From: Chitinophaga pinensis
GTDB lineage: Bacteria; Bacteroidota; Bacteroidia; Chitinophagales; LD1
Direction of reading: 5' to 3'
DNA length: 46,305 nucleotides
Assembly: GCA_945867505.1 (NCBI GenBank)
Contig: CAMBIM010000003.1
Location: 1 to 46,305, forward strand
The notes below the pieces were generated by a model. It did no database searches, was not told where the DNA came from, and saw only the letters and a list, made by a program, of their open reading frames with translations. Below are positions 28,242 through 38,308 of this stretch, one piece after another. Every line of letters begins with the position of its first letter. The first letter of the stretch is position 1. The position numbers were made by a program, and so were the translations under genes.

Positions 28242-30701
28242 TTATCTGGCTAAACTACTTTGAACTTTTGTTTCATCGGAGAAATATTTTTTTCCTGCCA
28301 CGGTTGAAGCCAAAGTGGTGAACAGAATTATAGTAACAGAACTAACCGGCATTAGCACCGCAGCAACCAAAGGACTCATAGTTCCCTGCACCGCGAAGAA
28401 CATACCCAGAACATTATAGCAAAGCGAAATCACAAAACTTGCTTTAATGATGTTTACTCCGGCTTTGGAATAATTCAACAACGTTTCAATTTTATCAAAC
28501 TGCGATGAATCAATAATACCATCGCAAGCCGGAGAAAAATTATTTACATCATCGCTAATGGCAAGGCCAACCTCTGCCTGTTTCAATGCACCGGCATCGT
28601 TTAATCCATCGCCAACCATCATTACACTTTTGCCCGATGATTGTATCTTCTTTATCACATTTAGTTTATCAGCGGGTTGCTGATGAAATACAAGATTCTT
28701 TTCTTTGACATATTGCGAAAGGAAATTCTTTTCAGCATCATTATCGCCACTTACCACATACGTTTCAAACCGCGAGCGAAGCTTATTCATCAACTTACCA
28801 AAGCCTTTTCGGTATTCGTTCTTTACTAAAAAGAAACCGCGCACTTTGCCGTTAATGCCTACATAAACTTTTGAAGCGTGACGAAAATCCGAAATATGAG
28901 AGCCATCGGTGTTCACTTCACCGCATAAAAATTTCTTAGAGCCAATACGAACACAGTTTTCATCTACCCAACCTTCAATTCCTTTTCCTTCCTCCTCTTT
29001 GAAATCTTCGGTGGTAATAACTTTAACTCCCTTCAAATGCTCATATACTTTCTTACTCAACGGATGGGAGGAATGATAAACAAGAGATTTAACCAGTTGG
29101 ATTTCATAATCTGAAAGGCTAATCTTGTCTGTTGTCTGATATTCGATTTTCGCATTCTTAGTATTCGTCAGCGTTCCGGTTTTGTCAAATACAATCGAAT
29201 TTATTTGAGCCAGCTTTTCAATGGTGATGGCATTTTTTAAATAAATTTTATTTCTGCCGAGTATTCGTAAGATATTTCCAAGTGTAAATGGAGAAGATAA
29301 GGCAAGAGCGCAGGGGCAGGTGATAATAAGCAATGATGTAAATGCGTTGAGTGCTTTGTGTAAATCTTTGTTCCACCAATATGCTGAGGCGATAAAGGCA
29401 ATAGCTATTACGATAGGAGTGAACCAGTTGCTCACTTGGGTTGCCAAGGATGTGATGTTATCTTTTCCCTCTTTAGTAAAAGCAGAATCGTTCCAAAGTT
29501 GTGTGAGGTAACTGTGCGAAACATCTTTCATTACATCTAATTCAATGGCTCCGCCTAACTGCTTGCCACCGGCATAAATTAAGTCGCCACTGTTTTTAGT
29601 AATAGGCGTTGCTTCACCTGTTACAAAGCTATAGTCAATATTTCCTTTGCCCTTTATCAGTACTGAATCAGCAGGAATCAATTCCATGTTGCGCACTAAC
29701 ATTCTATCACCTAAACGAACATTGGTAAGCGGAATGGTAGTTTCGTTTCCGTTGTTGATAGTAGTAACCGCCACCGGGAAATACGATTTGTAATCGCGCT
29801 CAAACGAAAGTGTATCGTAAGTTCTGTTTTGAAACAATCTTCCAATCAACATCAGCATCACCAAACTAGCCATGGTATCGAAATAACCGCCACCAGAGTG
29901 AGAAAATATTTCGTAACTGCTTCTGATAAACATAGCCAGAATGCCAAGCACAATAGGGAAATCCATATTGAGTGCCTTTTGTTTCATTGCGCTCCAAGCC
30001 GAAACAAAAAACTCTTGGGCACAATAAAACAGAATGGGAAGAGCAAGACCAAAATTCAAATACCCAAAGAATTTGCGAAGTGGAGTTTCGGTTAATGCAT
30101 CTATTCCTAAGTATTCAGGAAAAGACAGCAGCATGATATTGCCAAAGCAGAAAAATGCAACACCTATTTTTAAATAGTATTTGCGTAAGTGATGTTGTTT
30201 TTCTTTACGCGTTAAATCGTTGAGATTGATGTGCGGATCATATCCAAGCGAAGCCAGCGTTTCTACAACCTGCCGTAGATTCAGTTTAGAATTATCGAAA
30301 GTGATGTGCACTTCGCGTTTCAAAAAGTTGACGTTGCTACGCTTTATACCATCTTTTATTTTAAAAAGATTCTCCAACAGGAATATGCACGAGCTACAAT
30401 GAATTTGCGGCATGTAAAACGTAACTGTAGAAATATTTCCATCTTTAAACTGAATCAATTGTTCGGCAACCTGTTCATCTTCCAAGTAAGCAAACTTCTT
30501 GGCATTCACTTGTTTGCTGAATGAACTGCCAGGCGAGGCATTCATATCATAATAGCTACACAAATTGTTCTCATCCAAAATTTCGAAAACAGTTTTGCAG
30601 CCGTTGCAGCAGAACTTATGTTGATGAGCAACAATGCTACCATCGCAGCTTTCGCCACAATGGTAGCAAGTTAAAGATTCTTTATCCTTTACTGCGTTCA
30701 T
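28242..30701 (-). CDS. ccoI: Cu-translocating P1B-type ATPase (CcoI/FixI)
   Basis: N-terminal CYHC..FCCNGC, IHCSSC, TGE, CPC, DKTGT, GDGLND, YN, MPVSS. Confidence 0.93.
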   Translation of the reverse strand: MNAVKDKESLTCYHCGESCDGSIVAHQHKFCCNGCKTVFEILDENNLCSYYDMNASPGSSFSKQVNAKKFAYLEDEQVAEQLIQFKDGNISTVTFYMPQIHCSSCIFLLENLFKIKDGIKRSNVNFLKREVHITFDNSKLNLRQVVETLASLGYDPHINLNDLTRKEKQHHLRKYYLKIGVAFFCFGNIMLLSFPEYLGIDALTETPLRKFFGYLNFGLALPILFYCAQEFFVSAWSAMKQKALNMDFPIVLGILAMFIRSSYEIFSHSGGGYFDTMASLVMLMLIGRLFQNRTYDTLSFERDYKSYFPVAVTTINNGNETTIPLTNVRLGDRMLVRNMELIPADSVLIKGKGNIDYSFVTGEATPITKNSGDLIYAGGKQLGGAIELDVMKDVSHSYLTQLWNDSAFTKEGKDNITSLATQVSNWFTPIVIAIAFIASAYWWNKDLHKALNAFTSLLIITCPCALALSSPFTLGNILRILGRNKIYLKNAITIEKLAQINSIVFDKTGTLTNTKNAKIEYQTTDKISLSDYEIQLVKSLVYHSSHPLSKKVYEHLKGVKVITTEDFKEEEGKGIEGWVDENCVRIGSKKFLCGEVNTDGSHISDFRHASKVYVGINGKVRGFFLVKNEYRKGFGKLMNKLRSRFETYVVSGDNDAEKNFLSQYVKEKNLVFHQQPADKLNVIKKIQSSGKSVMMVGDGLNDAGALKQAEVGLAISDDVNNFSPACDGIIDSSQFDKIETLLNYSKAGVNIIKASFVISLCYNVLGMFFAVQGTMSPLVAAVLMPVSSVTIILFTTLASTVAGKKYFSDETKVQSSLAR

Positions 30702-30740
30702 TGCAGATTATTTTTAAAACACAGTTCCAGGAATGGTAAA

Positions 30741-30947
30741 TTACAAATGAATTTCCTTATCGGAGTTTGTGCTGATGCCAAACATGGCGTAAAGCGGACA
30801 CCACATAACTACCGAAGTAGCCAAAAAAATGGTGGTAGGAATTACCCATAGCCAAGCATAACCGCCTGCTAAAATGGCATAACAAATAGATACAATAAAG
30901 AGAAGAATTCTGAACCAGCCATCAAAGGCACCAACATTTACTTTCAT
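30741..30947 (-). CDS. DUF2892/YgaP-like small membrane protein
   Basis: MKVNVGAFDGWFR..WCPLYAMFGIST; ATG at 30947 preferred. Confidence 0.88.
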   Translation of the reverse strand: MKVNVGAFDGWFRILLFIVSICYAILAGGYAWLWVIPTTIFLATSVVMWCPLYAMFGISTNSDKEIHL

Positions 30948-30980
30948 AATTATCGTTTTAGGATTTAAAAATTGATGGCG

Positions 30981-31045
30981 CAAAGGTTATTTGCGTGTAG
31001 CGCATAGTCAATGATTTTTCTCAAATATGGATATGATTCAAGTCA
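30981..31045 (-). promoter_or_regulatory. tandem Crp/Fnr-type boxes plus -7 element for the DUF2892-ccoI operon
   Basis: Minus-strand AACCTTTG (30981-30988); TGATTTTTCTCA (31012-31023); TGATTCAAGTCA (31034-31045). Confidence 0.72.
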
Positions 31046-31196
31046 CTACATCATGTAAAGTTTATTAGGAAGCAGATGCTTTACCTGCCTTTTTGCATGG
31101 TGTTTTTTTGTTTTCTAAGACTATCCTGTTTCATTTGTAGCTAAAGTTTTTTTCGCGCGGCTTTTGTGTTTTTAGTCGGGCTCACAAAATATTTTA

Positions 31197-31787
31197 ATGC
31201 TTTTCCTCATCGCTTTCTCACTTGGTTTTATCGGCTATCTGCCTTTAGGTAATATCAACCTGACGGTAGTGCAAATGAGCGTGAGCGAAGAAAAACGCAA
31301 ATGGCAGGCGTTCATTCTTTTTGCAGCCATCATGGAGTTTATCTACTGCTTTGGTTGTTTGTATGGTATGCAAATGCTGTTAAAACAACCACAATTGATT
31401 AACGCATTGAGCTGGAGTGCAGTAGCAATTTTCTTCGCGCTTGGTCTTTTTAGCATTTTACACAAACCCGATTCCGCACATTCTTCTGGTGTAAAGCGCG
31501 GAATGCTCATTGCCATTTTCAATCCATTGCAAGTGCCTTTTTGGTTGGTATGGGGAGTATATGTAATGCAAAACGGCTGGGTAAAAAGCGAAGTGCCTTC
31601 TATTGCTCTGTTCAGTTTTGTTTGCTCGGTAGGAACAATTGCCGTACTATACATGTATGCCGTGGCCGGTAAAAAAGTAGTAGAGAAATTAAATGTGAAT
31701 AAAATTTTGCTTAGCAGGTTCATAGGCTCACTGCTAATAATACTTGCCATTTATCAGGCAGTAAAGTTGCTAACGCATCACTCGTAG
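31197..31787 (+). CDS. LysE family translocator
   Basis: GFIGYLPLGNINL, GMLIAIFNPLQVPFW; about 6 TM helices. Confidence 0.8.
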   Translation: MLFLIAFSLGFIGYLPLGNINLTVVQMSVSEEKRKWQAFILFAAIMEFIYCFGCLYGMQMLLKQPQLINALSWSAVAIFFALGLFSILHKPDSAHSSGVKRGMLIAIFNPLQVPFWLVWGVYVMQNGWVKSEVPSIALFSFVCSVGTIAVLYMYAVAGKKVVEKLNVNKILLSRFIGSLLIILAIYQAVKLLTHHS

Positions 31788-33013
31788 CGCAAAGCCTCCA
31801 CCGGGTCAAGGTCCGCAGCTTTAATAGCAGGATAAATGCCGGCAGCAAGTCCAACAATAAAAGTGAATATCCAACCGCCAAACACCCACACATAAGGAAA
31901 TATAAAACCCGAATCAAGAAACAGACCTACCATGTTTCCCATGGCAATACCGAGAATGATTCCTAAAACTCCTCCTATTTGGCAAATAACAATAGCCTCG
32001 GTAAGAAATTGAATACGGATAGTTTGTTTGTTAGCACCCAGTGCTTTGCTAATACCGATTTCGCGCGTTCGTTCGTTTACACTTACCAGCATAATATTCA
32101 TTAATCCTATACCTGCACCAATCAGGGTAAGAATACCAATAACTATTGTCGCAATTTTTATGTATTGCATTTGGTCAAGAATCTGGTCGGCAAGTCGTTC
32201 GCTTTTGGCTATATCAAAATCGTTTTCATCGCTTACTCTCAAGTTTCTTACCCCGCGCAACACACCGGTAGCTTCATCAATAGCCATATCCAACTCTGTG
32301 GCATTAGTAACCATTATATTCAATAGGTACGAATTAGAATTATCCGGAAAACTCCACCGGGCATTCTGCACTGGTATCATTGCTTGGTTATCGGTAGCAA
32401 TTTGGCTTGCACCTTTAGAGGCAAGAATACCCGCCACTTTAAATTTTTTGCTACCAATGCTTACCAGTCTTCCAATCACCGTATCATAAGGGTTAAAAAT
32501 TTTTGCCACCACATCTCTGCCCAATAAAATCACATCGCTTCCGCTTTCAATTTCTGTTTTCGAAAAATTTCTTCCTTCCGAAATATTCTGTCCGCTTACT
32601 TTCAAATAGTTTTCGTCAATGCCAATCACCTTTACGTTCGGGTTGGTTTTCTTCGATTCGTTTTTGACTATCGCAATATTGTTCGCAATGTTCGATACCG
32701 ATACTTCTGCCGGGTAATGAAAATTCTTTTTAAAACTATTGGCTTGCTGAATAGTAATAGGCGGGTTCTCCGATTTGCGATGTCTGCGCGGGCCACCAAT
32801 TTTTTTTACACTGCCCTCATTAGTTACCGAAAAAGTATTGGAACCCATTTCGGTAAAACTCGAAAGCATTTTTGTTTTAATGCCTTCGGTGGCAGTTAAG
32901 ATGCCGATTAGCGCAGTTATGCCGAACATTATAATAGAAAGCGTAAGCACCGTGCGCAAAATATTAGCGCGTATGGCGCGCAGAGCAAGTTTTATTTGTT
33001 CGGTCAGGTTCAC
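31778..33013 (-). CDS. MacB/FtsX-type ABC transporter permease
   Basis: LRTVLTL, GIGLMNIMLVSVNERTREIG, PAIKAADLDPVEALRYE. Confidence 0.93.
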   Translation of the reverse strand: MNLTEQIKLALRAIRANILRTVLTLSIIMFGITALIGILTATEGIKTKMLSSFTEMGSNTFSVTNEGSVKKIGGPRRHRKSENPPITIQQANSFKKNFHYPAEVSVSNIANNIAIVKNESKKTNPNVKVIGIDENYLKVSGQNISEGRNFSKTEIESGSDVILLGRDVVAKIFNPYDTVIGRLVSIGSKKFKVAGILASKGASQIATDNQAMIPVQNARWSFPDNSNSYLLNIMVTNATELDMAIDEATGVLRGVRNLRVSDENDFDIAKSERLADQILDQMQYIKIATIVIGILTLIGAGIGLMNIMLVSVNERTREIGISKALGANKQTIRIQFLTEAIVICQIGGVLGIILGIAMGNMVGLFLDSGFIFPYVWVFGGWIFTFIVGLAAGIYPAIKAADLDPVEALRYE

Positions 33014-33064
33014 GGTGCTAACTTATGTAAAAGATAAAACTTCGGAAATCTATATTTGCCCCTA

Positions 33065-35242
33065 ATGGACAATTACGAATTTGAATTAGCCGAACAATTT
33101 GCCCTGCAAACCAACAAGCACTTTTTCTTAACCGGTAAAGCCGGTTCAGGTAAAACAACCTTGCTGCGGCAAATTGCCAAGCAAACCACCAAAAATTTTG
33201 TGGTAGTAGCACCCACCGGGGTTGCCGCAATCAATGCCGGTGGTGTAACCATTCATTCGCAATTCAACCTGCCGCTTTCCTCCTTCATCCCAACCAGCGA
33301 TTCGGTCAATCTAAACCTGGTCACCAACCGCAGAGCCTTAATGGAACACATGCAGTTTCGTAAAGAAAAACGCAAAGTCCTTCAGGAAATGGAATTGCTG
33401 ATTGTAGATGAAATAAGTATGGTGCGTGCCGATATTTTAGATGCCATAGACTTCGTCATGCGCAAAGTGCGCAGGCGCGAAAAGCCTTTTGGCGGTGTGC
33501 AGGTCATGCTCATTGGCGATATGCACCAACTGCCGCCCGTAGTTAAAGAACCCGAATGGGCAATTCTAAAAAACTATTACGCCAGCCCCTACTTCTTCGA
33601 TTCTTTAGTTTGGAAACAATTAGATGCTGCCGAAATTGAACTGAAGAAGATTTACCGCCAAAGCGATGCGCGTTTTGTCCGTTTGCTCAACAATATTCGT
33701 CATCAGCAATTAGATGAAGATGATTATGAAGAACTGAAGAAACGATACAACCCCGGCTTTCGCCCTACCGAAGAAGGATACATCTTGCTCGCAACGCACA
33801 ACAACAAAGCCAATGCAGTAAACGAGACAGAGTTGAAGAAGCTCGAAGGTCGCCCTTATGCTTTTGAAGCCGACATTACTGGCGATTTCCCCGAGCATAT
33901 TTATCCTTGCGAAAAATACTTACAACTCCGCGAAGGCGCGCAGGTAATGTTTACCCGCAACGATGCCGCAGATGGAAAATACTTTAACGGCAAACTGGCT
34001 ACCGTTAAAAAACTCAACTACGAAAATATTACCGTTACCTTTCAAAGCAACAACGAAGATTTTGTATTGAAAAAAGAAGTTTGGGAAAACGTTTCTTACA
34101 CCGTTGACCAATCGAAAGACAAAATCAACAAAGATGTTATTGGCACATTCAGTCAATATCCGTTACGCTTGGCTTGGGCAATCACCATCCACAAAAGCCA
34201 GGGCTTAACTTTCGATAAAGTAATTATTGATGCCGGAAACTCTTTTGCTGCCGGTCAGGTTTATGTTGCCTTATCGCGTTGCAGAACTTTAGATGGTATT
34301 GTATTGCACTCCCTCATTACCCAAAACTCATTGCACGGAGATGAAAAGATTGTGCAGTTCAGCGAAGCACATCATGGCGAGCGCGAGCTGGAAGAACAAT
34401 TGAACGGTGCTAAACGCGAATACGCAAACGACCAACTGAAAAAGCTTTTCGATTTCAATAAACTGCGCGAGCGCGTTGGCGATTGGAAAGATTTATTGTT
34501 CGAAAAGGATTTCCCCGAAAAAGAAAAATCACTCACGCTTTTCGACAATGTAGCTTCAAGAATTGAAACCATAGTTTCTACTGCCGAAAAATTTGAATCG
34601 CAATTAGAAAGATTGTTAGCAGATTACAACAATCATCAACAAAACAAATCCGCCCTGCACGAGCGCAGCGCAAAGGCCATTGAATACTTTACCGAGAATA
34701 TTTTCAATACCCTCATTACGCCCATGCACGCGCACATTACCGAAATGGCCTACAAAAGCAAGGTGAAGAAATACATGCAGCAAGCGCAGTTGGTGCAGGA
34801 TAATTTCTGGAGTAAAGTAAACCAGCTTTACAGTGCGCGGTTTATGGACGAAAAACTTTATACTGGTGAAGTAAAATATAGTAAAGACAAACTGGTTACA
34901 GTTGCTACATCCAACACTTCCGGCAAAAAAGAAAAGGGGGGGACGTTTCAAGATACACTTGACCTGTATCGCAAAGGAGTTTCGATTGCAGAAATTGCTT
35001 CGGTGCGAGGCTTAACTACCGGCACTATTAAAAGCCACTTTGCCAAATGGATTTTAAGTGGCGATATGAACATACACGATGTGTTGCCTAAAGAAACCAT
35101 TAACCCCATAGAACAGTTTCTGACAAAAAGTAAAACCTACGAAGCTAATGCCGTACGTGCCGAATTTGGCGACAAATTCGATTATGGCGATATACGAATG
35201 GTGGTGAATCATTTGCTGAACCAAAAGCAAAAAGAAGACTAA
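33065..35242 (+). CDS. PIF1/RecD-like SF1B helicase with C-terminal HTH domain
   Basis: GKAGSGKT, APTGVAA, DEISMV, GDMHQLPP, AITIHKSQG, YVALSR; C-terminal IAEIASVRGLTTGTIKSH. Confidence 0.92.
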   Translation: MDNYEFELAEQFALQTNKHFFLTGKAGSGKTTLLRQIAKQTTKNFVVVAPTGVAAINAGGVTIHSQFNLPLSSFIPTSDSVNLNLVTNRRALMEHMQFRKEKRKVLQEMELLIVDEISMVRADILDAIDFVMRKVRRREKPFGGVQVMLIGDMHQLPPVVKEPEWAILKNYYASPYFFDSLVWKQLDAAEIELKKIYRQSDARFVRLLNNIRHQQLDEDDYEELKKRYNPGFRPTEEGYILLATHNNKANAVNETELKKLEGRPYAFEADITGDFPEHIYPCEKYLQLREGAQVMFTRNDAADGKYFNGKLATVKKLNYENITVTFQSNNEDFVLKKEVWENVSYTVDQSKDKINKDVIGTFSQYPLRLAWAITIHKSQGLTFDKVIIDAGNSFAAGQVYVALSRCRTLDGIVLHSLITQNSLHGDEKIVQFSEAHHGERELEEQLNGAKREYANDQLKKLFDFNKLRERVGDWKDLLFEKDFPEKEKSLTLFDNVASRIETIVSTAEKFESQLERLLADYNNHQQNKSALHERSAKAIEYFTENIFNTLITPMHAHITEMAYKSKVKKYMQQAQLVQDNFWSKVNQLYSARFMDEKLYTGEVKYSKDKLVTVATSNTSGKKEKGGTFQDTLDLYRKGVSIAEIASVRGLTTGTIKSHFAKWILSGDMNIHDVLPKETINPIEQFLTKSKTYEANAVRAEFGDKFDYGDIRMVVNHLLNQKQKED

Positions 35243-35270
35243 GCGAATATTCGCTTAGTCCTTTTCCTTT
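35237..35270 (+). terminator. 24-bp palindrome overlapping the helicase stop codon, followed by a pyrimidine tail
   Basis: GACTAAGCGAATATTCGCTTAGTC then CTTTTCCTTT. Confidence 0.65.
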
Positions 35271-35321
35271 GTGGCAAAACCTGCTACATTCGCGCCCGCA
35301 AACAACAGTGATACTGTTGAG

Positions 35322-35357
35322 TCTAAAATCTGAATTCTAAAATCTAAAATTCTAAAG
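35322..35357 (+). repeat. heptamer tandem repeat TCT(A/G)AA(A/T), about 5 copies, in the aconitase leader
   Basis: TCTAAAA TCTGAAT TCTAAAA TCTAAAA T TCTAAAG immediately before the ATG. Confidence 0.7.
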
Positions 35358-35358
35358 A

Positions 35359-37626
35359 ATGGCCTACGACATTGAGATGATTAAAAAGGTTTACGCAGAG
35401 CTTCCTTCAAAAATTGCTGCTGCACGTAAAGTGTTAAGCCGTCCTTTAACGCTTACTGAAAAGATTCTTTACTCGCATTTACACGCGTCTCAAAAGTTAG
35501 AAGACTTTAAACGCGGAGGTTCTTATGTTGATTTTGCACCGGATAGAGTAGCCATGCAGGATGCTACTGCTCAAATGGCTTTGTTACAGTTTATGCAAGC
35601 CGGTCGCCCGAAGGTAGCGGTTCCTTCTACCGTTCACTGCGACCACTTAATTACTGCAAAGGATGGTTCTAAGACTGATTTGGCGGCTGCTACTTCAGGC
35701 AATAAAGAGGTATATGATTTCTTGGCTTCTGTTTCTAATAAATATGGCTTAGGTTTCTGGAAACCAGGTGCTGGTATTATTCATCAGATTGTTTTAGAGA
35801 ACTATGCTTTCCCCGGTGGAATGATGATTGGAACAGACTCGCACACAGTAAACGCAGGCGGTCTTGGTATGGTGGCGATTGGAGTGGGCGGTGCTGACGC
35901 TTGCGATGTAATGGCAGGGTTAGCTTGGGAATTAAAACAACCTAAGTTGATAGGAGTGAAGCTAACTGGTAAGTTGAATGGCTGGGCATCTCCTAAAGAT
36001 GTAATTTTGAAAGTAGCGGGTATCTTAACCGTAAAAGGTGGAACTGGTGCAATCGTTGAATATTTTGGCGAAGGCGCGGTGAACATGAGCTGCACCGGTA
36101 AGGGAACTATCTGCAACATGGGTGCGGAGATTGGTGCTACTACTTCAACTTTCGGGTATGATGAAAGCATGAGCCGCTACTTAAGTGCAACTGGTCGTGC
36201 TGATGTGGCTGCTGCGGCTGATTTAGTAAAAGAACATTTGACAGGCGATGTAGAAGTTTACGCTTCTCCTGAAAAATATTTCGACCAGGTTATTGAAATT
36301 GATTTAACCACGTTAGAGCCATACATCAACGGTCCTTTTACACCGGATTTGGCTACGCCAATTTCTGAAATGAAAGCAGCGGCTGCGGCTAACAACTGGC
36401 CAACAAAAGTTAGCGTTGGTTTAATTGGTTCTTGCACCAACTCTTCTTACGAAGATATTTCTCGTGCCGTTTCTTTAGCTAAACAAGTGGCTGAAAAGAA
36501 TTTGAAAGCGAAAGCGGAATTCAGCATTACTCCGGGTTCAGAGCAAATACGCTTTACTATCGAACGCGATGGCTTTATTGAAACCTTCAACAAAATTGGT
36601 GCAACAGTTTACGCTAATGCCTGCGGACCTTGTATTGGTATGTGGGCGCGTCATGGTGCAGATAAACAAGAGCGCAACACTATCGTTCACTCCTTCAACC
36701 GTAACTTTGCAAAACGTCAAGATGGCAACCCAAACACTTTAGCGTTTGTGGCTTCACCAGAACTTACTACTGCATTAGCTATTGCCGGTGATTTAACTTT
36801 CAATCCGCTTACCGATACTTTAACCAACGAAGCAGGTCAGCAAGTAAAGCTTGACGCACCAACAGGTGATGAACTACCAACAAGAGGTTTTGCGGTGGAA
36901 GATGCAGGTTTTGTGGCTCCATTTGAAGATGGTAGTGGCGTAGAAGTAAAAGTTTCTCCTTCATCTGACCGCCTTCAATTACTTGCACCATTTGCAGCTT
37001 GGGAAGGAACAGATTTGAAAGGTTTGAAATTGTTGATTAAAGCAAAAGGCAAATGCACGACCGACCATATTTCTATGGCTGGCCCTTGGTTGAAATATCG
37101 CGGACATTTGGATAACATCAGCAACAACATGCTGATTGGTGCTACTAACTTCTATAACGAAAAAACAAACTCGGTAAAGAACCAGTTAACTGGCGAGTAT
37201 GGCGAAGTGCCTGCGGTACAACGTGCTTACAAAGCTGCGGGTATTGGTTCCATTGTAGTAGGTGACGAAAACTACGGTGAAGGTTCTAGCCGCGAACATG
37301 CTGCTATGGAGCCACGTTTCTTGGGGGTGCGTGCAGTGTTGGTTAAATCTTTCGCGCGTATTCACGAAACCAATTTGAAGAAACAAGGTATGTTAGGATT
37401 GACGTTTGTAAACAAAGAAGACTACAACAAAATTCAGGAAGATGATGTGGTAGCTATTCTTGGTCTTACCTCTTTTGCTCCGGGCAAAAACCTTACCTTG
37501 GAGTTAACGCACGCTAGCGGTACAGTTGAATCTTTCGAAGTAGCGCATACTTACAACGAGCAACAAGTAGAGTGGTTCAAAGCAGGTGCTGCGTTGAATA
37601 TTATCAGAGCTGCGATAGGAAAATAG
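35359..37626 (+). CDS. acnA: aconitate hydratase (mitochondrial-like type)
   Basis: [56 protein letters not shown]. Confidence 0.96.
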   Translation: MAYDIEMIKKVYAELPSKIAAARKVLSRPLTLTEKILYSHLHASQKLEDFKRGGSYVDFAPDRVAMQDATAQMALLQFMQAGRPKVAVPSTVHCDHLITAKDGSKTDLAAATSGNKEVYDFLASVSNKYGLGFWKPGAGIIHQIVLENYAFPGGMMIGTDSHTVNAGGLGMVAIGVGGADACDVMAGLAWELKQPKLIGVKLTGKLNGWASPKDVILKVAGILTVKGGTGAIVEYFGEGAVNMSCTGKGTICNMGAEIGATTSTFGYDESMSRYLSATGRADVAAAADLVKEHLTGDVEVYASPEKYFDQVIEIDLTTLEPYINGPFTPDLATPISEMKAAAAANNWPTKVSVGLIGSCTNSSYEDISRAVSLAKQVAEKNLKAKAEFSITPGSEQIRFTIERDGFIETFNKIGATVYANACGPCIGMWARHGADKQERNTIVHSFNRNFAKRQDGNPNTLAFVASPELTTALAIAGDLTFNPLTDTLTNEAGQQVKLDAPTGDELPTRGFAVEDAGFVAPFEDGSGVEVKVSPSSDRLQLLAPFAAWEGTDLKGLKLLIKAKGKCTTDHISMAGPWLKYRGHLDNISNNMLIGATNFYNEKTNSVKNQLTGEYGEVPAVQRAYKAAGIGSIVVGDENYGEGSSREHAAMEPRFLGVRAVLVKSFARIHETNLKKQGMLGLTFVNKEDYNKIQEDDVVAILGLTSFAPGKNLTLELTHASGTVESFEVAHTYNEQQVEWFKAGAALNIIRAAIGK

Positions 37627-37648
37627 ACAACAGTCAACAGACCACAGT

Positions 37649-37692
37649 AAAAAGCAAATAGCCAAAGAATATTCTTCGGCTATTTGCTTTTT
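37649..37692. terminator. bidirectional intrinsic terminator
   Basis: AAAAAGCAAATAGCC..GGCTATTTGCTTTTT between convergent genes. Confidence 0.85.
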
Positions 37693-37729
37693 GAAACCTT
37701 CCATCGCTTAAAGCGATGGAAGGTTTCAA
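37691..37729. repeat. 19-bp perfect inverted repeat (REP-like)
   Basis: TTGAAACCTTCCATCGCTT-a-AAGCGATGGAAGGTTTCAA abutting the stop codon of the lipoprotein gene. Confidence 0.8.
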
Positions 37730-38125
37730 TTACTCCTGCCCAAATGAAACAGTTTCGTGCGTAGCGGCTCCGGTTTTAGGAATAAGAATAGTTGAACAAG
37801 CACCGTCTGTTTTGCGGATTATCCACGGATGAGTAATGAACGTTGGACAATCCCAAGAAGCGCCATCGGGTAAATCGTGGTAGGTAACTTCGTGTCCGTC
37901 ATAATCTATCCAGTTAATATGTAACTCGCGCTTGCTGTTGTTGGTAAAGGTAATGTTAATAGAGTCCAGCGAGTTTTGCGAGGCTACTCCGCCAAGCTGG
38001 TCGCAGGTTTTTTCGTAAAAAGAACCGGCTGTGTAAAAGGCTTTTACTTTAAGCAGGTCAACTACTTTTTTACAAGAGGTAGTAAGAATGGTTGCTGTGA
38101 TGACAAGAAATAAGAAACGTTTCAT
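37730..38125 (-). CDS. lipoprotein with von Hippel-Lindau (VHL) beta domain
   Basis: Lipobox TTSC; ITFTNNS..INWIDYDG..Y..L..G..TFITHPWIIR matches the VHL beta-domain pattern. Confidence 0.78.
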   Translation of the reverse strand: MKRFLFLVITATILTTSCKKVVDLLKVKAFYTAGSFYEKTCDQLGGVASQNSLDSINITFTNNSKRELHINWIDYDGHEVTYHDLPDGASWDCPTFITHPWIIRKTDGACSTILIPKTGAATHETVSFGQE

Positions 38126-38308
38126 AATTGGGGTTGTTTTTAGTTATGCCGTAAAATAAATTCAAAATAATTTGGCAACCGAATTTGGGTAAGAAAACAT
38201 CGTTTTTGGCTTTTGGGACAGGAACTATTGTCCCTCTTTTTTTACTACGCATAAAACCTATATTTACCGCCCGACACTAACTAACATTTAATTCAAAATT
38301 CCCTGATT

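Noticed and set aside
33065-35242. Helicase as marker of a mobile or defence element
   Set aside because: No nuclease, relaxase, integrase or terminal repeats nearby; flanked by housekeeping-type genes.
38215-38243. GGGACA..TGTCCC hairpin with T-run upstream of the giant gene
   Set aside because: Only a 6-bp stem, and no evident plus-strand transcript to terminate; too weak to call.
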